A DNA stretch of 62,895 nt, filler included, from Olpidium bornovanus S191 (Eukaryota; Fungi; Olpidiomycota), in assembly GCA_017911155.1 (NCBI GenBank). It is 31 parts of 31 records of this genome, joined end to end, with 100 filler letters (N's around TTAATTAATTAA, not from the genome) between each part and the next. Parts side by side here need not be neighbours in the genome. Positions count along the whole stretch, not along the records: positions 20,128 to 23,735 come from JAEFCI010008892.1; positions 23,836 to 26,514 come from JAEFCI010010774.1; positions 26,615 to 29,098 come from JAEFCI010004144.1; positions 29,199 to 31,238 come from JAEFCI010005762.1; positions 31,339 to 34,328 come from JAEFCI010004787.1; 26 more parts are not named here. One strand, 5' to 3'. Below, in pieces: positions 23,591 through 34,212 of the stretch. Every line of letters begins with the position of its first letter. The first letter of the stretch is position 1. Below the pieces are notes generated by a model. It was given only the letters and a program-made list of their open reading frames with translations, was not told where the DNA came from and did no database searches. A program made the position numbers and the translations under genes.

Positions 23591-24450
23591 AATTCCTAGG
23601 CCGCATATTTCTCGCATGTACGCGGATAACACCCAAGATACGTGTGTTGACACACACACACACACACGCGGTGTCCCGGCAACTGCGGAGTGCGTTGACG
23701 GGGCGCACATAAATGAAGGACCACGTGACGTGCGGNNNNNNNNNNNNNNNNNNNNNNNNNNNNNNNNNNNNNNNNNNNNTTAATTAATTAANNNNNNNNN
23801 NNNNNNNNNNNNNNNNNNNNNNNNNNNNNNNNNNNACATGGCCGCACGGCTGGACACACCGGCGCACCAGGCGCACTGGTGGCGTTGTTGACGTTCACGA
23901 GAGCTGTATACTAAGAAGCTTCACGTTTCCACCGTACGTTTCTGTCGCGGTTACGGGAAAGCTTTTTAATGCCTGAACAGGAAATTCATTACCTCACCTT
24001 TTGCCGCGAGTTATCTAGAAAGCAGTAAAAGAAAATGGCCAATTGGAAGTAAACTTCCTCGCGCTTCGTAATGAGAAGCGATCCTGGGCTCGTGTGGAAA
24101 TGTTTTCGCTTGTTTTGGTGCAGAGTCAGGAGAGCGCCCCGGATTTCTACAAGAAAATGCAACGAGTAACTGCCCGAGTTCGACTGCGAAGGGCATCGGA
24201 TTACCTCGTATTCGAGAGCACGTTGACAGGTGCGCCGTGGAACGGGCAAAGATTGTCGCCTAGTCTCGGCGGGCTTCCGTGACTTGGGCTGGCCACAAGT
24301 CCGTCCCCTTTTAACCTCCCCCGAAAAACGGCGTAATCATATTCTTTTTATCACCAAGCAGATATCCGCCAAACGTTTCGTACGAAGCGGTGACAGGCTG
24401 ACACGGGACAAAAGCTGGAGTGCTTCTTTTCGGGTTTTTGAAATGCGGGG

Positions 24451-24490
24451 GGGTTGGGTTGGGTTGGGTTGGGTTGGGTTGGTTTGGGTT
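24451..24490 (+). repeat. (GGGTT)6 plus two further units, potential G-quadruplex
   Basis: Six perfect GGGTT units, then ggttt and gggtt. Confidence 0.9.
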
Positions 24491-24637
24491 GCCAGCGAAA
24501 AACTCCATCAAACCAAAAAAGCGCCGCAGAAAAGTACCCGGGGCTTTTCCCCATTGAGAAGGAACTATGTCGAAGGGTTTTCCACAGCATTCATTTTCGG
24601 ACGAGGCTAATCCCGAGCATGGCAACGTACTCTCCAT

Positions 24638-26514
24638 TCACACTGACCCAATGTCGACAGCCTCCATCCTTTTCGACAGCGCCGCTAGGTGCCAGGTTGT
24701 CCGGTCCAAGAGTGCCGTCCTAAAAAGGAAATTCGGGAAGTCAGTCAAACATAGAGGGGGGAAAGGCGAGATATCTGTTCTTGAGCTGAAGACGGAAAAA
24801 TACGTACTCTTTTGAAATGGCCGTCATCAGCCGCTGAAGTTGATTAGCCGAAGGCTGTCTCCTCGCAGAAGATGACGCAGCTACCATGCTAGTTGAAGGT
24901 TGCATTCCGTCCGGATTCCATTCGCCAAACTCCCGCTGTACGTACCCGACCTGCTTTTTCACCTGGGTTGCCCCGGCGTGTGAATTCGGTAGTGAAAAGC
25001 GCTACAGATCAGTACCACACCACGGCCGCGACGGTGCTTAACATGTTTGTGGGGCCCCAAAGGCCAAATCGTGCGTGTTTCGGATACCCGTGAAACTCAC
25101 TCCTTCAAACCTTTCCCTCAACCCCGGTCGTTGTCGGGACCCGCCCGAATACCGGCGGCTCGACGATCTCGTCCTCTGCGCACACTCCTCCTCCGCACTT
25201 AGCCCGGCCCCGCTGCCGTGGACGCGCACTTCGCCCTGCCGAAGCTCCGCAAACCAGCGCTCCTCGTGCGGCGAAAGCGTGGGCTGGTGCCGGTTGATGA
25301 GTGCCTGAGCAACCGCGTCAGCCCGGGCGGCCAAGTCGCGGTGCCGAGCAGCCGCTTGCGCTACCCTGGCCCGCTGAGACTCCAGGCGACCCGCACAAGC
25401 GTCGAGGTCCGCTCGTGCCCGGTGTAAGTGGTCCGCCTGAAGCCGAAGGACCTCGAACTGAAGTTCGAGTCTGGAAAACGGGCCAGGATGGCGAGGAAAT
25501 TCCATCAACAATGCACCGCGTGCATAGCGTATCGGAGCCCGGCTTCCATACACCATTTTCGACCTCCCCTCACCGTTTGGTAGTGGCGGCCCTCGCCTTA
25601 GTCAATTGCCTTATGCGCATCCTCGTGTCCGCGACAATGCTCTCCGTGAACCTGATCCCCTCCTCGTCCGCGAGCACGTCTCTGCCCCTCAGTCCTCCGC
25701 CGGCGACTATTTTTGCTTGCCGAGGTAGGGCCGTTGAGACAAGCGTCTCGGGAGGTTCGAAGGGCGGAGTCAAGAGGCGCAGTCGCCTGAGCTCGCTCGG
25801 CTCTAGTGCTGATGTGATCGGGGTCGCGACGCAGCTGACCGGCGCGAGCAGGCGCGGTGGCATCTGGTATGACACGCACTTGCAGGCCGCGGTAAGGGCT
25901 AACAGCGCGTTGCCTACGTACGCATCGTCAAGGGCGACTACGCCCAAAATCGGTGCCGGCTCGCTGCCAATCAAAAACTTATTGTAAGTAGCACGCAAAC
26001 AAGCAAAACGCCCTAACGACATATGCACGATCCAGCTGTGAATGGGCTTTCAGCGACCTCCCCAGCACCATTCCGTACCTGCTCTCCAGCGGCATTGTTC
26101 TAAAAACCCACCCGACACGCAATTGTGCGGCAGGACGTGAGATGTCGGCGCTGCCGCCGGACGCATCCTCGTCGCCGCAGACCTGCTGCACGACCGCCAC
26201 CCAGTCCACAACCAGGGACTGCACGCCAGCGCTGTGGTGGACGTGGAACGAGTCCGCGTGCGTCGGGTTCTGCGTGAACGTAATATGTCCGACGCAAGGC
26301 ACGTGCAGGTCGATCGACTCGTGCACAGCGAGAACAGGAAGCTCCAACTCCTTGGTAATGGTGATGCAAGAGAAGATAGCGAAAAGGTAAGACGTACGAG
26401 CCGACGGCGGCGGAAGCTCCCGGAAACAGAGCAGTAGATAGATCCGTTGGGGGGTTTCGGACAAAACGCAGATCGACCCAAGAACTGTCGCAAAAAATTT
26501 CCCTCGCCTACATG
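24638..26514 (-). CDS. NUP82: Nucleoporin Nup82/Nup88 family, C-terminal part
   Basis: LPVLAVHESIDL...HVHHSAGVQSLVVDW (end of propeller), then a coiled coil with PTLSPHEERWFAEL, then last exons QLQRLMTAISK|ETALLDRTTWHLAALSKRMEAVDIGSV-stop (TGA 24638-24640). Multi-exon; 5' end cut. Confidence 0.8.
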
Positions 26515-26614
26515 NNNNNNNNNNNNNNNNNNNNNNNNNNNNNNNNNNNNNNNNNNNNTTAATTAATTAANNNNNNNNNNNNNNNNNNNNNNNNNNNNNN
26601 NNNNNNNNNNNNNN

Positions 26615-27949
26615 AGACCTCTCTAACCACCCACGCCCTGAGAAACTTCCTCTTCCAGCCCGGCCCAAGCGCGCTGCATCCGGCGTCGAAAATCCGGTAC
26701 AGCGTGACATCGATGGCGAGCCAGACGGAGACATGCCCGGCAAGGAAGAGAAGGGGGGACACGTCCCAGAGGAGGTTGAAACCGTACGCCGCAAAGAGGC
26801 CGCACACGAAACACTCCGTGAGGGGCTCGACGACGGTCGCCGCGGTGACGGTGTACTTCCGGATGCGGGTCCATCGCGAACGCCGGAGAAAGTACTCGAC
26901 GATGGTCATCGCGCCGAGCGGCTGGTACGCCAAATCGCTCGTCATTTCGTGACGGTAGCCCATGTTCCAGATGGCCGTGGCAATAAGATTATCCTCGGCC
27001 ATGAAGTTGCCAAACCTTCGCAGCCCGCCGACCTTGTTCAGAACCGAGCGCCGGTACATGTTCGACTTGCCAATCACGCAGCTTCGAACGCGTAATTTAT
27101 TGATGGCCAGGTACATCTTCGCGTGCATCGTGTTCAGGAACATGAGCTCCAACTCCGAACCCAGCGTCGCCGGGGACACCCCGACGGGCAGGTGATGTAC
27201 CAACCCGACGCCCGGCTTGCCAAACAGGTCCACCGCTCGGCCGAGGGCTCCCGGGTCCGCGAACAGCACGTTCGAGTCGCAGATCCAAATGATATCGTAG
27301 GTGGCCGTCTCGTACGACCGGATAAGGTTGTTAATTTTCGGATTCACGCCGACGTCCACCGCTCCGATGGTCAGCCGTGCGTGCACCTCCGGGACCTCTT
27401 GCATCAACGTCCGCACCAGGCCGACCGCTTCATCCGCCTCTTCGGCAACGCAAAATAGAAGCTCGAACTTCGGGTATTGTAACCGGAAGAGGGAAACGAG
27501 GTTCTCGCGGAGGTTGTTATCGACGCCTTTCAGCGGCCGCAGCACCGAGACGCCCGGGGCCTCCTCGGGAGGCAATTCAGCCGATACCGACGGCCGGTGG
27601 CAACTGTATCGTGACCGCCTGCACACCCCTCGCCCAAAGATCAAAAGGAAAGTTTGCGTGCATCACACGTTGGTCAGCGTCAAAACAGTCTGTCACGGGC
27701 GGCCGAGCAAAAAAGCCCTCCGGGCAATTGGGGGGAGGGGGGGGGTCTTTGCGAGATGGCTCTCTGTCGAGTTACTTACGCAACAGCCACGCCGAGTAAC
27801 GAGAGCCCCATGAGGAACGTCCACCACACCAGCGACAGGGACATGAAGGCGATTTGGTACTTTGAATAATCGGAAAAATCGCGGGCGGGCAGCCACCTAA
27901 AGCCGGGCAGCGACGCCCCGACTGCTGACGGCTCATGATCCAAGAGCAT
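26615..27949 (-). CDS. GCS1: Ceramide glucosyltransferase (glucosylceramide synthase, GT21), 3' partial
   Basis: Exon 27780-27949 (N-terminal TM helix) plus exon 26615-27618: VSVLRPLKGVD, GVNPKINNL, WICDSNV, GKSNMYRR, MAEDNLI, RRSRWTRIRKY, EPLTEC. Confidence 0.96.
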
Positions 27950-28522
27950 GCAGGCGCGACGCTCGCGAGGCCAAGCGGTGGCCGCGGAGGCCTCTTTCCG
28001 AGAGCGTCACGACGGACAGGAGTAGGCTCACGATCCCCGGATCGGCAGGAGAGACAAGGCGGCCGGTTCGCCGGCTCGGTCTTTTCTCGCGCGGCCGGCT
28101 TTTGTCAGAGGGAAAGTTCCAGTTCGCCGGGTAACGCAAAATGCCCTAGCGTTTGCGCACGAACAACGTAGGGCGCCAAGCGGGCGCCGACGGGGCGGGG
28201 AGGGCGGGAAAGGCGGGAAGAGCGGGGGGGTGGGGAAGGTGGGCGTGGATTATGCGGGACCTGCTGCAGTGGGGGCAGCGTCCGTCTATGTGTTTGGTTT
28301 TTTGGTTTCTTCGTGGGCCAGTCCGTGGCCGATCGCGGGGGAGAGAGGGGAGGCGAGTGGGGAGGGAGCGGCGTGTCAGAGAGAGAGAGCGAGAGAGAGA
28401 GAGCGAAGAGGCTGGGAGACTGGAAAAAGGGCGTGTCTATGTCCTCCAACTCTCTTCCGGCGGCCGCGGGGAGAAGGAGGAGGCGGAGGAAGAGGAGGAA
28501 GGGGCGGAGTGAGGATTTTTTT

Positions 28523-28555
<33 letters not shown>

Positions 28556-28650
28556 GGGGGGGTTTTTTTTTTTTCCCCTTTTCCCCCACGGTTTTCGGGG
28601 GCCGGGGGGGGGAGGGGGGGGGGGGGGGAGGGGGGGGGGGGGGGGGGTGG

Positions 28651-28687
<37 letters not shown>

Positions 28688-29567
28688 TTTTCGTGGGGGT
28701 TTTTTTTTCTTTCCCCTTTGCCCCAACGTGTTACGGGTGCCGGGGGGGGGGGGACGGGCGGGCTCTTTCTCATTCAGGACGGCGATTGTGGGGTCTTCCC
28801 AAACCTTGCAACCTGACGTCGAACTGGTGCGCAATCTGCCCCTTTATCAAAAGAAGCAAAGCGTCGTTCACGCACGGTCGAACCAGTCTACAATAACCAT
28901 GCTGGGAAGGATGTTTACCCGTCCCGCCTTCTGTAACAGTTAAAGGCGGTGTTCGGGCGTGGATAAATGTAATCAATTGATGTTTGCAGGCCCTGCTGGT
29001 ATAGCAGTGAAAAAAGACAAACAAACCCCACTGCTGCAATCAGGTGGGCTGAGCGCAGCCGGCGGGTATAAGAAAGGATTCCCGGTCAGCTGCTCATGNN
29101 NNNNNNNNNNNNNNNNNNNNNNNNNNNNNNNNNNNNNNNNNNTTAATTAATTAANNNNNNNNNNNNNNNNNNNNNNNNNNNNNNNNNNNNNNNNNNNNAA
29201 ACTGATTAGTGCACAGAGTATGCGTTCTCCTGAACAGCACTGGTGCTTGGCGTAAGACACCCACAATAAATTAATCGGCGCAATACTTGAAAATGTTTTG
29301 ATTAATTTGCGCCTCCATGTCGGCGCTTCGAGATTGCGAAACACCTTGACTCGTTTTCCCCCCTTCCCCCGCAACTTTTTTCCCCCGCACTTGCTTCCCC
29401 ACCGCCGCCGGCCCTTCCATCTCCTTCCACCCCGCCAACACCACCCGTGGCTCCTCGTCGCTGAGGCACGCGGCCGCCGAAGTCCCCTGCGCACGTGCCT
29501 GCCGCCTGAACCGTCCCCCTCGCGACCTGCCCCTGCCGCCCCGCCCGTCCGCCCCGCCGGCACCACC

Positions 29568-29723
29568 GCCGTCGACCCGCTCCGCACCGCGGCCGACCCG
29601 CCCGTCCGCGCCTAGGCCGCCCCGCCCTTCCGCACCACCGTAGGCCCGCTCCGCGCCGCCGCCTCGCCCCTTCGCACCGCCGCTAACCCGCTCCGCGCCG
29701 CCGCCGCCAAGCCCATCCGCGCC
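29568..29723 (+). repeat. Degenerate 21/24-nt minisatellite (7 units)
   Basis: Units such as gccgtcgacccgctccgcacc and gccgctaacccgctccgcgcc translate on + as AVDPLRT/AADPPVRA/*AAPPFRT/TVGPLRA/AASPLRT/AANPLRA/AAAKPIRA. Confidence 0.75.
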
Positions 29724-30859
29724 TCCGCCGCCACCACCACTCCTGCGGGTCCGACGATATCCGACCAGTGAGTATATTTTTAATCGATAGTTGAATCTGG
29801 CCAATTTCTTCCATTTTGACATGAGGAACCTGATCAAATGCGCGTTTGATTCGTTCTTCTTTGTATCAGGGATTTCGTCGACGAGGAAGAGGTGCTTATG
29901 GACCTCACCGCCCCCGGTTGGCGGGATCCTGGCGGTATCGTCGGGTCCTTGGACCCCGGCTCCCGCTGCAGCTCCGACGATGCGCGACCTGTGAGTCAAA
30001 AGTCGATCGACAACGCCTTTGAATGTATGCCGTTCTCATTCATTTTGAAATGCGAAAATCGGACACCGATTAGCTCTGCGTTCGCGTTTCTGTTTGTGCC
30101 AGAGATTCCTCCGACGACGAAGAGGCGGAGATAGACCTCACTTATACCTGTCGGAGGAATCCAAGAGCCGTCGCCGGATCAGCGGGTGCCGGGGGCCGTC
30201 TTCGAGAGTGCCGAGGAGGAGCCACTGCTCCCACCGGAGGTAACTACGAACAGGGGTGCTCCGCGGTTCAAACAGACCGAGGACAAGGACGACACTGACG
30301 ATATCGATTTTAGCCCGCCAGCGGCGAAATTATGCCCAGGTGGTCGCTGGTGGGCTTCTCGGCCTCCGCCAGTGTTCTGGAGTTTGGCGGAGGCCGGGGT
30401 CGAGCAGTGATGGACCTCGGCAAGTGGACCGTCGTCGTCCTCCGTTCCGACATTTCTTGGCGTCGCAGCCGTACGTGACTGGTATTTGTTTCCGCCTGTA
30501 AGGATGCGGTCCGGCCACATGTTTACAGTTTGACTACTTTAACCGCAGCAGGCAATAAGCAGCGACGCCGCCACCAACCTGGGCCTCAAGCCCCGGCGCC
30601 GTCACAACTGCAGTTTCGACCCGGGTCGGGGCCCGCCGGCTGGTAGCGGAGGACGAGGGATGTACGTACCTCGCCTCTTTTGACGTAAATTTGATTTTAC
30701 TTGTTTTCCTGTTTCCCGCCCACTCTTTTACTTTTCAATCTTCTAGTGTAGGGCCAAACTTCCATAGTATATCAAAACTTTATTTTCATTTGTTTTCATA
30801 CTTTTTTTGCAATATCAGAAGCGCCCACTCGTTTTTTCAGTGAAGTGGACATTTTTCTG

Positions 30860-31190
30860 CACTGCAAAAATTTTTGTTATGAACGCCTGCCGGTTATAGA
30901 AGTAAACAGTTGTCCGCCATACCCTGTCCCCGAGCCGCACGGATAATCTGGCATTGATTCGCATGGCCCGGGCGCGATCTTCGAGCATGAGAGAAATTTT
31001 TCCGCTATACCATTTTGTTGTAGAATCCCTCAAACAGATACCTGTGATTCGACTCCTCGGTCAGACAGCTCGGTGAGTTAGGCGGTACTGAGGCCAGCGT
31101 GATCGACGAGCCGAACCGTCATGCTTATCCTTCGACCTCCGCCAGTTTTTCACTGAAGCCACATAATCGGGGCCAAATAAGGTACTGTCG
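30860..31190 (-). mobile_element. Degenerate Ty1/Copia integrase core fragment
   Basis: The minus strand reads RGVESQVSV*GILQQNGIAE, then after a frameshift MLEDRARAMRINARLS...VWRTTVYFYNR. This matches the Copia pattern GI.HQ.T....PQQNG.AER.NRTL.E.AR.M...A.L...W..AV.TA.YL.NR. AT-richer than host genes. Confidence 0.65.
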
Positions 31191-33629
31191 CCCGAGACCA
31201 CGTGCCAAAGTAGTTTACCTTCGTCTTGTTAAAAAAACNNNNNNNNNNNNNNNNNNNNNNNNNNNNNNNNNNNNNNNNNNNNTTAATTAATTAANNNNNN
31301 NNNNNNNNNNNNNNNNNNNNNNNNNNNNNNNNNNNNNNCCATGTTCCCGGGTCCACCGGCGCGGATTCCGAAACGTTCGGTTAACGCTGCTTCCGTATCT
31401 CGACAAGCCGGTGAATTTTGTGTGGTTTGGAGCAGATAACATATTTCGTCAACTTCGCTTCGGTGAGGATGCGGACGTAACTAATATTTTATCTCTCGCT
31501 GTTTTGCTTTCCGCACTTCGGGTCGCCGCCTTCGCAGGGTGTCGGCCAGTACTGGCACACACCGGTCAGACCGAAGTCTTCGGCGACATCTCATCGGCAT
31601 TGCGCGTTCCTTCATGCTCGGTACCAACATAGGTCACTGGCCAAAGCAAGCTGACCGGCAGACAGCCGCTTCGGCGGCCTCAGCAACGCACGCGGCGAAC
31701 CAGGAGGAGCACGCCGATGTAGCTCTGGGCCCGTTTATCCACGTATGCGCGGGAGAATGGCTGCCGCGGCGAGAGCAGGAACATCTCCAGGACCCCACCC
31801 GGTTTTCGGTGGTCTTGTGACTTGCGATTCATGAATTTCGGAGAGATTGAATCTTGGATGGCAGGGATCCCGCACGCGACGGGTGGGGATCATAATGATT
31901 GCATACAGACAGATTTTGAGGTAGTAAGGCCCGATCTTTCTCTCTCTCTCTTTTTCTCTATCTATTTCTCGCGCTCTCCCTTTCTCTCTTTCTCTCTTTC
32001 TCTCCCCCCTCTCCCTTTCTCTCACTTCCGCAGCGCAATAGCCTACGTTATTTCCCGCAGGCGGGCTCGTTGCTGCTTTTGAATTAAGGATTCGTCATTT
32101 CCCGCATCCCGTCGACCCCTCAGCTCATTGCGCGTTGTTCTGTCCTGAATTCTCCGGACGCATCTTTTCGCGCAGAGCGGACCTCGGTTCCTCAACGAGC
32201 ATTTGTCCCATTTTCTTTATTTTTTTTTTTTTTCCAGGATGATGACAGAAAAGATTGTCAAGCGCAGGAGCGAGGAAAACCGGGCCTCTGTTTTTGATGG
32301 TGCCTCCCGGATGCGACAGCACAGCTGTACCACAGTTTCAACACGCGTTCCTGAAGAACCAGAACAAGATGTCTTCCAATGGCCAGCAGGCGTCGTACTC
32401 CGGGAGTATGAGCTCCCCATCCCGAGATCCGTCGGCCGCGTTCCACGCAGAAATCCAGCATGACGTGGTTGGCAACACGGTTGACGTGTACGCAACGGCT
32501 AAGGATCGAATTCACGACAGCAAATATAAAGAACTAGAATTGGCCTTCGATGTTATTTGAATGACGAGGCTCTGATGCCGAATATCGGCTACGTTAGCGC
32601 CCAGGCGGAGCACGCGGATCGAAACCAAAGCCAAGAACCAAGATCGGGCCGCGTACAACGGAGGCCTACCCACTCACCTGGTAGTTGCCGCACGTGATCC
32701 ACATCGGCGGAGGCTCGTCCGGAAATCTCTCATGGGACTTGACGGGCTCCTCCGGCGACGTCAGCTCGTACGCTTCCGCGCATGTCAGGAATTCTCGTGC
32801 CAGGCGAGGTAACCCGCAGAGAGCAATTTGCTCGAGCGGTCTCGGCCCCGTCTAAGCTCACGGGAAACACGGAGGCTTCGTCAGACAGGTGCGGAGCCCG
32901 CCCGTCCCCCGAGATAGCATCAAGCCTATATGCCCAGCCATCCAGCCGCCCGACAGGTTATCACGGGCCTTACCGCCGTTTTATGCGCGCCCCCAGTGCC
33001 GGTACCGGCTGTTCGCGGCCGGTCGACGAGGCAAAGCTCCTGCACCACCCGCATGGGAGGTCGCCTGTCTCGCCATTGCACCGCCGGACGTCCCGCACCA
33101 CGCCCTTCCGGGTTTGACTGCGGCAGTGTTAGATTTTATGTTGTTTTTATCATTTAGCTATAGTGTAATAGTCACTTGTGCAGGTATACCAATGGCCTGC
33201 GCGCGGGGGGTCTTATACGCGCAAATCAAAAGCACTCTGACGAAGGCAGGATCGCCGGGATATGCGGGCGCGTGGTTCCCGGTACGGCCGGGCGTGCTCG
33301 GATCGCCTTTGCAGTGAGGAGGAAGACCTTCGGAAGGCCGGTCGCGCAAAGCAAGGGGAGCTTCCTAGGACGACCAGGGCTTGGCCTTGCCGCGCCCGCG
33401 CGTCGCTGACCCGAGGGGTATGCTCTGCGGCCGGCATCCGACTTGTTGACAGATGTCACGCCTGACCGCCGACACCTATAGTATCTACAATGCACCACGT
33501 ATGGGGAAAGGGTTGCGCTACGCTGCAGAGCACTCACACACACCCTTTATTTTCCCAACCCAACCCCCCCCCGCCTTCGGGCTCCCCCCCTCCCCCTCTT
33601 CCTCCACACAAAATAAAAAAAAAAAGAAA

Positions 33630-34212
33630 ATGACGAGAAGCGGGTGCGACGACGAGAGGTCGAGGAACCAGCATCACCTGTCACTGTACGCCCCCCCCCT
33701 CTCCTTCTGTCCCCGCTCTTCCGCTCCGCTCTGTTCCCTGCACGCCTGTTCGACGAAAGTGACCCTACCGCCCCCCCCCCCTCACACACACACACCCCTC
33801 CCCGGCCTCTCCCCCAGCACGGTGCTCGTCCCTTTCCCTACCGCCAGCCTGGCGACGGTGGCCGGTCGAGCGCTGAGCGTGGACAGGGAGCCGAAGGGCG
33901 TGGCCAGGAAGCTCTCGGCAGACGGGAGCGTGCTCAAGATGTGAGTGGGCCAACCGCGGGTCTCCTGCGACGCGAAGCTTCTCTTTTTTCCTTTCTGCCT
34001 TTTTTTTTTCTTTCCTTTTTTTGCGGGGCTTCCCCTCACACCCCCCTTTTTTGTCCTCCGCTGAACCGTCCCCCTTGCCTTTCCGCGGTGTCCTCTCCAG
34101 AGAACTTGAGGCCTCGAACTTGAAGGTGCTTAGAACCATAGCGAACGCGTACCTGACTGCCGTTGAACTGGTGCTCAGAACCATGGCGGAATTTGGCGAA
34201 GAAGGGGAGTAG
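33630..34212 (+). CDS. PCC1: KEOPS/EKC complex subunit Pcc1 (LAGE3 family), complete, 96 aa
   Basis: Exons 33630-33685, 33818-33940 and 34101-34212 join phase-consistently: HHLSLTVLVPFPTASLATVAGRALSVDREPKGVARKLSADGSVLKIELEASNLKVLRTIANAYLTAVELVLRTMAEFG. Confidence 0.9.

Noticed and set aside
24231-24260. Minus-strand LCPFHG, reminiscent of the UVSSA C-terminal motif
   Set aside because: A five-residue match only; the flanking sequence does not fit.
24451-24490. Calling the GGGTT tracts true telomeres
   Set aside because: They are 25-40 nt long and internal to contigs, with unique sequence on both sides.
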